DNA of 33,146 nt, from NCBI GenBank assembly GCA_051252135.1, contig JBPOGH010000028.1:1-33146 (forward strand), in the 5' to 3' direction. Position 1 is the first letter of the stretch. Every line of letters starts with the position of its first letter. The stretch is from Verrucomicrobiaceae bacterium (GTDB lineage: Bacteria > Verrucomicrobiota > Verrucomicrobiia > Verrucomicrobiales > Akkermansiaceae). Both the position numbers and the translations under genes were made by a program. The notes beneath the pieces are model-generated. The model had not been told where the DNA came from, searched no databases, and saw only the letters and a program-made list of their open reading frames with translations. Below are positions 1 to 8,334 of this stretch, one piece after another.

Positions 1-99
1 GGCTGCAGCTCCTCTCACCTCGGAAGCGAAGCTTCCCTGGCTAAAAATCCCTTAAACCTTTCAGCGTGCTTCATCTTTCATCAGTGTTTCCTTAACTCC

Positions 100-714
100 A
101 TGCCCGAAGAAAACCCTTACCAAAGCCCTGAATCAAATCCCGCCGCCCCCGCCCCCGCAAACCCCAACCTCCTTCCCAGCGCCATCAGCTCTGCGCCCAA
201 AGTCTTCGGAATCCTCCACCTCATTTACGCCGCCATCGGCCTCATCGTCGGCATCGCCAATGCCGCCTCATCCATCATCGTTAGAAAAATCTACGAGACC
301 CTTCACTCCCTTGTCCGGGACCAGAACGAAGCCATCGGCACCGCTCATTTCGAGGCCGCCCTCAACAAGCTCATCTTCATCTCAACCATCGATGGGGTTT
401 TCCGCATCATCATGGCTATTTTGCTCTTCGTCACCGGCATCCACCTCTTGCAGAAAAAATCCTCGGCCTTGAAGCTCAATCGCATCTGGGCCGTGACCCG
501 CATCATTGCCGCTGTTCCCCTCGTCATCCTCGTCGGCCAGGCGGAACAAGTCCTCCAAACCGTCATGGCCGGAAACATCCCTCCCGAGGGCTTCAGCATG
601 GGCGCCAACTCCGGTCTCAGCAGCGCCTTTGGAATCATCATCCTCTCCGTCTACCCCTTGATCTCCCTCATCATCCTGAGCCAGCAATCCGTTAAAAACG
701 CCCTCCCCAACTGA
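100..714 (+). CDS. Hypothetical membrane protein (~4 TM) with N-terminal NPYQSP motif
   Basis: 204-aa ORF with host-like C-ending codons, four hydrophobic segments, and an N-terminal ENPYQSP motif typical of PVC membrane proteins. Confidence 0.8.
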   Translation: MPEENPYQSPESNPAAPAPANPNLLPSAISSAPKVFGILHLIYAAIGLIVGIANAASSIIVRKIYETLHSLVRDQNEAIGTAHFEAALNKLIFISTIDGVFRIIMAILLFVTGIHLLQKKSSALKLNRIWAVTRIIAAVPLVILVGQAEQVLQTVMAGNIPPEGFSMGANSGLSSAFGIIILSVYPLISLIILSQQSVKNALPN

Positions 715-753
715 AATAAGAAGACCGCCCTCTCAAAAAGAAAGGACGGTCTC
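714..753 (-). terminator. Intrinsic terminator downstream of tRNA-His
   Basis: Minus strand GAGACCGTCCTTTC-TTTTT-GAGAGGGCGGTCTT forms a 14-bp stem with G-U pairs, followed by CTTATTT. Confidence 0.7.
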
Positions 754-758
754 AAAAA

Positions 759-835
759 TGGGGCGACCGACGGGGCTTGAACCCGCGACAACCGGAATCA
801 CAATCCGGGGCTCTACCAACTGAGCTACGGCCACC
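759..835 (-). tRNA. tRNA-His(GUG)
   Basis: Reverse complement GGTGGCCGTAGCTCAGTTGGTAGAGCCCCGGATTGTGATTCCGGTTGTCGCGGGTTCAAGCCCCGTCGGTCGCCCCA folds as a cloverleaf with GTG anticodon, G-1:C73 pair and encoded CCA. Confidence 0.97.
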
Positions 836-851
836 ATATGCTGGCGCGCGC

Positions 852-881
852 AAACTAAACTTCCGGCCCCGTCTTTTTCAA
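852..881 (-). promoter_or_regulatory. Sigma70-type stable-RNA promoter for tRNA-His
   Basis: TTGAAA-N18-TAGTTT followed by a GC-rich discriminator GCGCGCG; the -35 overlaps the ABC gene stop codon. Confidence 0.55.
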
Positions 882-1798
882 GTGGAAAAAGTCGTTTCCT
901 GCTCAATTTTAGGCCCGGAGCCACTGCTGTATTCCAAATAAACGTCTTCCAGCGACCTCCTCACCGGACTCACTTCGGAAACTTCCGCCCCCGCACCCAC
1001 CAGCGCCGCCACCACATCCGACGCCTTAGTATCCTCCGGAAACACAATCCGCCCCCCTGGCATCGTCTCCCCTCCAAAGGAGGAAATCACCCGATCCCTC
1101 ACTTCTTCCGGCTCCGCCTCAATCCGCCACCCGGGGCGATCATCCCGCAAATCATTCACCTTCCCCTCAAAAACATGCTCCCCCCCGCGCAAAATCGAAA
1201 CCCGATCACACATCTGCTCCACTTCCGACAACAGATGCGAGTTGAACAAAACCGTCATCCCCCGCTCTTCCCGCAACGACAGGATAAAATCCCGAAACCA
1301 CTTGATCCCCTCCGGATCCAGCCCGTCCGTCGGCTCGTCTAACAACAGAATCTCAGGCTCCGGCAGGAGCGCCTGCGCCAGCGCCAGCCGTTGCCGCATT
1401 CCGTGCGAATACGACCCCACCTTCGAATCAATCCGCCCAGTCAGGCCCACCTTCTCCACCACCTCCCGGGCGGCCTTCGCATCAAACTTCCCGCTCAAGC
1501 CCACCAGCACCTTGAGATTCTGCCAACCGCTCAGGTAATCGTAAAATGCCGGAGCCTCAAAGATCGCACCCACTTTCTTCAGCGCCCTCGTAGGATCCTC
1601 CAGCACCGACACCCCGCCCACCGTCACTTCCCCGCTGTCAGCCGACACCATCCCCAAAATAATCCCCACCGTCGTCGACTTCCCCGCCCCATTGTGTCCC
1701 AACAATCCGTAGATCTCCCCTTTCTGAACCTCAAAGGAAACTCCCTTCAGCGCATCCTTGCCGCCGAACTTCTTGGTGAGATGGGAAACCGTAAGCAT
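878..1798 (-). CDS. ABC transporter ATP-binding protein (ABC-2/BcrA-like)
   Basis: Walker A GHNGAGKST, signature YSHGMRQR, Walker B ILLLDEPT, H-loop NSHLL. Confidence 0.95.
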   Translation of the reverse strand: MLTVSHLTKKFGGKDALKGVSFEVQKGEIYGLLGHNGAGKSTTVGIILGMVSADSGEVTVGGVSVLEDPTRALKKVGAIFEAPAFYDYLSGWQNLKVLVGLSGKFDAKAAREVVEKVGLTGRIDSKVGSYSHGMRQRLALAQALLPEPEILLLDEPTDGLDPEGIKWFRDFILSLREERGMTVLFNSHLLSEVEQMCDRVSILRGGEHVFEGKVNDLRDDRPGWRIEAEPEEVRDRVISSFGGETMPGGRIVFPEDTKASDVVAALVGAGAEVSEVSPVRRSLEDVYLEYSSGSGPKIEQETTFST

Positions 1799-1802
1799 AA
1801 AA

Positions 1803-2321
1803 TCAATTTCGAGCGCCGATTGAAAAGTTGAGCTTTGTCTGGATCGATTGATCCGCGTAGAGAAAATTCACCCCGTTTTCCTCCCCGTGGTAGGACTCTT
1901 TGTCGAAAATCAACGGAATCACCGAACCATCGGCATCCGAACCCATAAAGGTCATCCGCGACCGCTTCATCCCGCTCAACGTCTCATTCCAAAAATAAGA
2001 CGACCCCGACTTCTCAAAGTGCTCGTGATCCGACGGACACTCAAAGGCGAACTCGTTGCGCGCATAAGGAAGCAATTCCACCTCCAGCACCGCCGCATCA
2101 TCATTCTTCGACTTCCGCCCCATGTAGAGCGGCGGCATCATGTCATTGTGATCGGACAAGTAACCCTCCAGACACACTCCCAAATTCCGCAGCACATTTT
2201 GACACGCCGCCCGTTCCGTCTTCTCCTTCACCATCTTCCCGATCGGCAATCCAATCGCCACCAACGCGCCGATCACCGCGACCACAATGAGAATTTCCGT
2301 CAGCGTAAAACCTCGTTTCAT
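1803..2321 (-). CDS. Prepilin-type N-terminal cleavage/methylation protein (PVC pseudopilin-like)
   Basis: MKRG|FTLTEILIVVAVIG class III signal; CxNxLRNLG and FxCPSD motifs; C-terminal H..NFLYAD resembling the H-X9-DG tail. Confidence 0.9.
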   Translation of the reverse strand: MKRGFTLTEILIVVAVIGALVAIGLPIGKMVKEKTERAACQNVLRNLGVCLEGYLSDHNDMMPPLYMGRKSKNDDAAVLEVELLPYARNEFAFECPSDHEHFEKSGSSYFWNETLSGMKRSRMTFMGSDADGSVIPLIFDKESYHGEENGVNFLYADQSIQTKLNFSIGARN

Positions 2322-2328
2322 TCAACTG

Positions 2329-2940
2329 TTAGAGTGAGCCCGCCCCCGGACGGGCAAAGCCGTTCAACATCTCCCCAAACGCATCCATCAACGGAGCCAG
2401 ATCCATCTTCGTCTCCGCACTCGCATTCTGGTAATAAGCCGAGAGCCCCTGCTGCACGATCCGGTCGATAATCTCCGGATCTTCCTCTTCCAGCCGCGCC
2501 AAATCCTCTCCGCCCTGACCCTGCATATCGCGCAGCGATTTCTCCACGATGCGCTTCCGCTCATCACTGTCCATCTTGTCAAAAGCCTCCATCATGCGCT
2601 TCATCGACTTCGTCAGCGTCAGCTCCAAAAAATAAATCCGCTCTTCGGGACCCAACTTCGCAAACAACTCCATTCCCTTCCGGCTTTCGTGCAAGCGCTC
2701 CCGCTCCCGCAAATCCAGCCGATTGAACACCGTCGAGATTTCCTCCAATCGCTCACGTCTCTTAGCCGCATTCCCCCCGTCCATCCCCTCGGTAAATTCG
2801 GCAAATCCCGACTCATCAATCATCTGCCCCACCCGCTCGGCCGTCGCCTTGCGGCCCGCCGTCCAGCTCGTCACCCCCCAGACTCCCAGCCAGAGAACTC
2901 CGATCACCAACAAACCGCGTATGATTGCCTTGTGCTTCAT
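2329..2940 (-). CDS. Hypothetical membrane-anchored alpha-helical protein
   Basis: Probable start MKHKAII (ATG at 2940), single N-terminal TM, charged helical body; stop is 7 nt from the pilin start. Confidence 0.8.
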   Translation of the reverse strand: MKHKAIIRGLLVIGVLWLGVWGVTSWTAGRKATAERVGQMIDESGFAEFTEGMDGGNAAKRRERLEEISTVFNRLDLRERERLHESRKGMELFAKLGPEERIYFLELTLTKSMKRMMEAFDKMDSDERKRIVEKSLRDMQGQGGEDLARLEEEDPEIIDRIVQQGLSAYYQNASAETKMDLAPLMDAFGEMLNGFARPGAGSL

Positions 2941-2951
2941 GAAAACACCCG

Positions 2952-2979
2952 AAACTAGACCGGATTCCCATCCGCGCAA
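2952..2979 (-). promoter_or_regulatory. Putative internal sigma70 promoter for the hypothetical-pilin-ABC unit
   Basis: TTGCGC-N16-TAGTTT, 11 nt upstream of the ATG at 2940. Confidence 0.45.
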
Positions 2980-2990
2980 CCTGCGAAATC

Positions 2991-4505
2991 TCACCCGCCG
3001 GGAAATCGCAACACCACCCGCAGCCCCCCGCCTTCTCGGTTCTCACACAAAATACTCCCGCCAAGGCTTTCAATACACGTCTTCGCAATCGCCATCCCCA
3101 GCCCCGCGCCGCCCGCTTCCCGGGTCCGCGCCCGATCCGGCCTCGTAAAGGGCTCAAAAATCTTCTCAATCCACTCCGGAGCAATCCCCGGCCCCCGGTC
3201 ACTCACCACAAGGCTCACCCTCCCCTCGTCAACCTTCGCCTCCACCTCGATGTCCGAAGCGTAGTTCAATCCGTTCCGCACCACATTCCCCAACGCCCTC
3301 TTCAACATCCCGTCATTCGTCATCACCCGCAGCCCCGCATCACACCGCAACCCAACCTGCCCTTCTCCTCCCTCGCGTAAAATCACTTCCTCACACAGTT
3401 GAGCCAAATTCACCTCACTCACCGGAAGACTCTCCGGCTTCAACGAAGCCTTCGAAAAATCCAATAGCTCGTTCACCAGCTGCGAAAGCTCCTCCACTTC
3501 CGCATTCACCGATTCCAGCTTTTCATAATCCTCCGCCTCCAGCTTGTGCTCCAGCACCCCCAGCCCCATCCGCATCCGCACCAAGGGTGAACAAAGTTCA
3601 TGCGCAATGTCTCCCAGAAATCTTTTCTGACCCGATACCAGCTCATCCAGCTTCCCCGCCATCGCCTGGAGGGATCGGCTGAGCCGCCCAATCTCATCCT
3701 TCCGCCCGGTCGTCAAATCGACCTTAAAATCACCCTGCGAGATCGACTCCGCCCCACGCGTCAAAATCCCCAATCGCCGCGTCACCCGGTAAACCCACGG
3801 CACCCAGATCAATAACGACACCACCACCACGATTCCCAACCCGATCAACAAGGGCGTCCACGTAAAAAACAACGAACTCCCCGCCTTCTCCCGAATCAAC
3901 AGAACCATTCCCCGCTTCCGCTCCCCCTTCGTCTCTCTCAAATACAATCTCACCCCCGCCACATGCCCGTGATCCGTACTCACCAATCCCAAATATTCCG
4001 GCTCACCGGCTTCTTCTTCACCACGAGGTGGACGATCCCGTCCCGGCGGCCCCGGAGGCCCGTCATCAAATTCATCAAATTCATCAAATTCCCAAGGCTC
4101 CCGTCCCGGTGGCCCCGGCCCACGCCCCGGTCCGCGATCTCTCGGCCCACGGTCCCCCGGCCCCAAACTTCCCGGACCCTGAAAAAGCGTTTCCTCTTTC
4201 TCACCCACTTCCCACTTTGTCCCCTCCACCAATTCTTCACCACGAGGCCGCCAAATTCCCAAATCAACCTGATGGGCCTTCTCAAAGCGCGCAATCACCG
4301 GAGTCCACTCGTCCCGCTCCAGCGATTCCAGCCCTGCCGATAGCGTCTCGGCCATCGCGGCAATCTTCTCATCCCCCGTCCCTTCCGCAAAGTCCTGCCA
4401 CTGCAATCCATATTGCCGCACCGCCACCCACCATAGAATCCCCCCCACCAGGACCACATTCATCAGCAGCATCAGAAAAATGCGCAGGCTTAAAGGAATC
4501 TTCAT
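2991..4505 (-). CDS. HAMP-domain sensor histidine kinase (CpxA-like)
   Basis: Two TMs, HAMP (RKDEIGRL), H-box DIAHEL, N-box NVVRNG, G1 DRGPGI, G2 GAGLG. Confidence 0.95.
   Translation of the reverse strand: MKIPLSLRIFLMLLMNVVLVGGILWWVAVRQYGLQWQDFAEGTGDEKIAAMAETLSAGLESLERDEWTPVIARFEKAHQVDLGIWRPRGEELVEGTKWEVGEKEETLFQGPGSLGPGDRGPRDRGPGRGPGPPGREPWEFDEFDEFDDGPPGPPGRDRPPRGEEEAGEPEYLGLVSTDHGHVAGVRLYLRETKGERKRGMVLLIREKAGSSLFFTWTPLLIGLGIVVVVSLLIWVPWVYRVTRRLGILTRGAESISQGDFKVDLTTGRKDEIGRLSRSLQAMAGKLDELVSGQKRFLGDIAHELCSPLVRMRMGLGVLEHKLEAEDYEKLESVNAEVEELSQLVNELLDFSKASLKPESLPVSEVNLAQLCEEVILREGGEGQVGLRCDAGLRVMTNDGMLKRALGNVVRNGLNYASDIEVEAKVDEGRVSLVVSDRGPGIAPEWIEKIFEPFTRPDRARTREAGGAGLGMAIAKTCIESLGGSILCENREGGGLRVVLRFPGG
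4063..4091. repeat. 9-bp tandem repeat (TCATCAAAT x3) encoding EFD-EFD-EFD in the kinase sensor loop
   Basis: Exact copies at 4063, 4072 and 4081. Confidence 0.85.
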
Positions 4506-4509
4506 CAGC

Positions 4510-5226
4510 TTATTCGTCGCCCGGTTCTAACAGTTGATACCCCACACCCCGCACCGTGCGGATGTAACGCGGATGCTTCGCATCATCACCCAGCTTCTTC
4601 CGCAGCGCCGAAATGTGCACGTCAATCGACCGGTCAAAGACATCAAACTTCCGCTCGGAAACCTCATCAATCAGCTGCTCGCGCGACTTCACCCGCCCCC
4701 TCGACCTCATCAGACAAGCCAACATCGCAAATTCCAGCGCCGTCAAATCCAGCGGCTCATCCCCCATCAAAGCCGTATGCGTTCCCTCGTTAAGCCGTAT
4801 CCGACCCACCACCCAATCAATCTCCTTCTCCTCCAGCACCGGATCAGCCACATGCGCCCTCCGCGTCACCGCACGTAGCCTCGCCAACAGCTCACGCGTC
4901 GAAAACGTCTTCGGCAAATAATCATCCGCCCCCAACTCCAGCCCCACAATCCGGTCCGCCTCTTCCCCCATCGCCGTCAGCATCAGCACCGGGATTTGGG
5001 ACGTCTTTCGCAATTCCCGCAGCACCTCAAAGCCATCCAGCCCCGGCATCATCACATCTAACAACACCGCCTCGTAATCCCCCGCCAACGCCTCCTCCAG
5101 CCCCTCATCCCCCCGATGCCTCATCGACACATCGTATCCAAGGGGGGAAAGGTAATCCTTAATCAGCCCACAAAGCTTGCGATCATCATCGATCACCAGG
5201 AGCCGTTTGCTTCCATCATCAGCCAT
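4510..5226 (-). CDS. OmpR/CpxR-family response regulator
   Basis: Receiver domain (IDDD, LLDVMMP, GADDYLPK) plus winged helix (DRSIDVHISALRKKL, IRTVRGVGY). Confidence 0.96.
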   Translation of the reverse strand: MADDGSKRLLVIDDDRKLCGLIKDYLSPLGYDVSMRHRGDEGLEEALAGDYEAVLLDVMMPGLDGFEVLRELRKTSQIPVLMLTAMGEEADRIVGLELGADDYLPKTFSTRELLARLRAVTRRAHVADPVLEEKEIDWVVGRIRLNEGTHTALMGDEPLDLTALEFAMLACLMRSRGRVKSREQLIDEVSERKFDVFDRSIDVHISALRKKLGDDAKHPRYIRTVRGVGYQLLEPGDE

Positions 5227-5272
5227 ACAGAATCTCTAGATTAACCCAACCCGTTTCAAAAGGACGAACGTT

Positions 5273-5344
5273 TTTACACCACCTTAACAATTCCCCCAAA
5301 AAGCCCCATCCCGCCTCACCCCCCCTCTTTACAAACACTTCACA
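5273..5344. promoter_or_regulatory. Two OmpR/CpxR-type direct-repeat boxes
   Basis: TTTACA-N5-TTAACA at 5273-5289 and TTTACA-N5-TTCACA at 5328-5344, in the divergent intergenic region. Confidence 0.6.
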
Positions 5345-5446
5345 TCTTTCCCCCTGAAACGACATCATCCCTTAACCTTCCCCCTCCATTCTCTTCAACA
5401 TCAGACAGGACGGCCACCACGGCCAAGCTGCCAACCTAATGAAACC

Positions 5447-7240
5447 ATGAAGACGAAACACACCACATCCCGGCGGATCACCACCCGCCTCGCCGCGACC
5501 CTCACCGCAAGCATGATGGTCGCCCAGGCCCAGCAAGGACCTGAACAACGGGACAACGATCCCAACGTCAGACGCCCCGCCGGCATCCCCCGGGAAATGC
5601 CCCGCCGCGACCGGCAGGAACGCCAAACCATCGACCCCGCCACCGGCACCATCGAGGTTCCCCTCGAGAACCGCTCCATCAACGGCAGCGGAAACAACGT
5701 AGCCAACCCCACCTGGGGCCAGGCCGAACACCCCGTCATCCGCATCCTTGGAAACGACTACGCCGACGGAGCCAACGAACCCGCCGGTGAAGACCGTCCC
5801 TCCGCCCGCGTCATCAGCAACGCCCTCGTCGCCCAGACCGACTCCATCCTCAACCGGAAAGGCGCAACCGACTTCCTCTGGCAGTGGGGGCAGTTCGTCG
5901 ATCACGACATCATCGAAACACCCACCGTCTCCCCCGCTGAGGAATTCGACATCACCGTTCCCACCGGCGACCCCTGGTTTGATCCCTCCGGCACCGGCGA
6001 ACAAACCATCCCCCTCAACCGCTCCCTCTACGAGGAAGTCGATGGCGTCCGCGAACAAATCAACGCCATCACCGCCTACATCGATGCCTCCATGGTCTAC
6101 GGCTCTGATGAAGAACGCGCCTTCGCCCTCCGCCGTCTCGATGGCACCGGTAAGCTCAAAACAACAGACTCCGAACAAGGTGACCTCCTTCCTTATAACG
6201 ATGACGCCCTCGCCAACGCACCCAGCTCCAGCCCTGTCTTCTTCCTTGCCGGAGATGTCCGCGCCAATGAGCAACTGGGCCTCACCGCCCTCCACACTCT
6301 CTTCGTCCGCGAGCACAACCACTGGGCCGAGCAATACGTCGGGATGAACCCCCAGGCCATGGACGAGGAAATCTATCAGTTCGCCCGCACCATCGTGGCT
6401 GCGGAAATCCAGGCCATCACCTACCGTGAGTTCCTCCCCCTCCTCCTCGGCCCCCACGCCATTCGACCCTATCAGGGATACCGCGATGACGTCCGCGCGG
6501 ACATCTCAAACTCCTTCGGCGCAGCCGCCTACCGCATCGGACACAGCCTCCTCTCACCCGAGCTGCAACGGCTCGACGCCGATGGCAATGAAGTCGAAGA
6601 CGGACACCTCCCCCTCGCCTCCGCCTTCTTCAATCCCGCCCTGATCGAAGAAGGAGGAATCGACTCCGTCCTGCGCGGACTCGCCGCCCAACAATGCCAG
6701 GAACTCGATGAAAAACTCGTCGATGACGTCCGCAACTTCCTCTTCGGCCCTCCCGGATCAGGTGGCTTCGATCTCGCCTCCCTCAACATCCAGCGCGGAC
6801 GCGATCACGGAATCCCCGGCTACAATCAGGCCCGCCAGGCTTTCGGCCTTCGCCCTCTGCGTGACTTCCGCCAACTGACCCGCGACCCCGCCACCATCGA
6901 GGCCCTTGAAGACACCTACGGAAACGTCGACTCCATGGACCTCTGGGTAGCCGGACTCTGCGCCAACGACGTCCCCGAGTCCATGGTTGGAGAAGTCTAT
7001 CAACGCATCCTCGTTGACCAGTTCACCCGCCTCCGTGATGGCGACCGCTTCTTCTACCTCCACGCCCTCCCCCAGGAACTCGTCCGCATGGTCGAAGAAC
7101 AAACCCTGTCGGAAATCATCCGTCGTAACACCAACATCGGCGAAGAACTCCCCGACAACGTCTTCGTCCTCGGAAGACAACAACGCCTCCGCAACGCCCA
7201 GCGCGGCCAAACCCCAACCCAACGCGGCACCCGCCGTTAA
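5447..7240 (+). CDS. Secreted animal-type heme peroxidase (peroxidase-cyclooxygenase superfamily)
   Basis: Signal peptide ending AQA; distal QWGQFVDHD; Ca-site TAYIDAS; RANEQ; proximal YRIGH; LNIQRGRDHG; QFTRLRDGDRFFY. Confidence 0.95.
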   Translation: MKTKHTTSRRITTRLAATLTASMMVAQAQQGPEQRDNDPNVRRPAGIPREMPRRDRQERQTIDPATGTIEVPLENRSINGSGNNVANPTWGQAEHPVIRILGNDYADGANEPAGEDRPSARVISNALVAQTDSILNRKGATDFLWQWGQFVDHDIIETPTVSPAEEFDITVPTGDPWFDPSGTGEQTIPLNRSLYEEVDGVREQINAITAYIDASMVYGSDEERAFALRRLDGTGKLKTTDSEQGDLLPYNDDALANAPSSSPVFFLAGDVRANEQLGLTALHTLFVREHNHWAEQYVGMNPQAMDEEIYQFARTIVAAEIQAITYREFLPLLLGPHAIRPYQGYRDDVRADISNSFGAAAYRIGHSLLSPELQRLDADGNEVEDGHLPLASAFFNPALIEEGGIDSVLRGLAAQQCQELDEKLVDDVRNFLFGPPGSGGFDLASLNIQRGRDHGIPGYNQARQAFGLRPLRDFRQLTRDPATIEALEDTYGNVDSMDLWVAGLCANDVPESMVGEVYQRILVDQFTRLRDGDRFFYLHALPQELVRMVEEQTLSEIIRRNTNIGEELPDNVFVLGRQQRLRNAQRGQTPTQRGTRR

Positions 7241-7260
7241 TTGGAAAACAACCCACTCAC

Positions 7261-7295
7261 ACTCCCGGGGGACTCGCTCTCCCGGGAGTTTTTTT
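7261..7295 (+). terminator. Intrinsic terminator after the peroxidase
   Basis: ACTCCCGGGGGA-CTCGC-TCTCCCGGGAGT followed by a T run. Confidence 0.85.
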
Positions 7296-8238
7296 ATCTT
7301 CCCTCCTCAAACAACCCCTCCACCTCCGGCAAGTCCGCCGCACTCTCCGCCTTCCGGCTCACCACGATCTTCCGGTCCTTCACCAAAAACGCCCCCGGCA
7401 TCTGCAAGCCATCCCCCGCCAAATGACCCACCCCGCATCCACGAAAAATTGCAATAAATCCACGCACCCACACCCGCGGCCCAAAGAGCTCCAAAAAGCC
7501 GCCCTTCCCCAACCCAAACGCCTGGTAAAGCTCACACCAGGGATCCGCAATCCGGGAAACCTTCGAGTTCCCGATAAACTCAATCTCCTCTCCCTCCTGC
7601 AGCATGTGCACCAGCACAAGTCGCGCCCCGTGCTCCTCTGCCGACCTCTCCATCTCCTGCAGATTTTTCAAAAGCTGCCGCGTAAAAGTACATCCAAAAT
7701 GCCTCAGGAACACCACCGCCACCGGCTTCTCCTCGGAAGCCTCACCCAGCGTCTCCCCGGAATTCACTCCATATTTCTCAATCGCCTCCTCAAACGAGGT
7801 CGGCTCCCCCACCGCCGGCCTCCCCACCATCAAACATCCCGCCGCCCACAGAATCATCGCAAAGGGAACCAGCCAAATCAGATCATTCGTAATGTTGATC
7901 CACCCCGCTGCCCACGGAATCTCACCCTGCGACGCCATCCACAAAAATCCAACCGGCCCAAACACCTTCCCCAAAAAACCCACCAAAATAATCGGCCAGT
8001 GCCGCAGCGGAGCCGTCGACGCAATCAGGTAACCCACCCCGTAAACCCCCACAATCATCCCAATGCACTGCCAAAGGAACGGATATTCCGGCACCTTCAT
8101 CCCCGACATCTCAAACCAAGCCATCGGCCAACCCACCGCCCACACCCCAAACAAAATATTGTAAACCCCGGCCAGCTGCAGCACCGCCTTCATCCAGCAC
8201 GGCGTCGGGCTTCCCCCAAGTGAGCAATCCTTTTGCAT
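7294..8238 (-). CDS. 4-TM membrane domain fused to an AhpC/TSA-2 (SelL-related, PRXL2-like) thioredoxin-fold domain
   Basis: Start MQKDC supported by the TAAGAT box 5 nt upstream; hydrophobic N-terminal half; VVFLRHFGCTFT, IADP..LYQAFGL, QMPGAFLV. Confidence 0.85.
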   Translation of the reverse strand: MQKDCSLGGSPTPCWMKAVLQLAGVYNILFGVWAVGWPMAWFEMSGMKVPEYPFLWQCIGMIVGVYGVGYLIASTAPLRHWPIILVGFLGKVFGPVGFLWMASQGEIPWAAGWINITNDLIWLVPFAMILWAAGCLMVGRPAVGEPTSFEEAIEKYGVNSGETLGEASEEKPVAVVFLRHFGCTFTRQLLKNLQEMERSAEEHGARLVLVHMLQEGEEIEFIGNSKVSRIADPWCELYQAFGLGKGGFLELFGPRVWVRGFIAIFRGCGVGHLAGDGLQMPGAFLVKDRKIVVSRKAESAADLPEVEGLFEEGR

Positions 8239-8243
8239 GGGCG

Positions 8244-8271
8244 ATCTTACTCTCCTTTCCCCTCCCCGCAA
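8244..8271 (-). promoter_or_regulatory. Sigma70 promoter, probably giving a leaderless mRNA
   Basis: TTGCGG-N16-TAAGAT-N5-ATG. Confidence 0.55.
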
Positions 8272-8334
8272 CCTGCCAACACAGATTCTTTTTCCAGACT
8301 TGCGACTCACTCCATCCTGTCGTTGACTCCGGTC

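Noticed and set aside
700..835. Integrated element at tRNA-His
   Set aside because: No integrase and no duplicated tRNA 3' end in the window; the flanking gene has host-like codons.
5447..5530. Tat signal (SRRIT) on the peroxidase
   Set aside because: Lacks the F-L of S-R-R-x-F-L-K; cannot be told apart from a Sec signal without a predictor.
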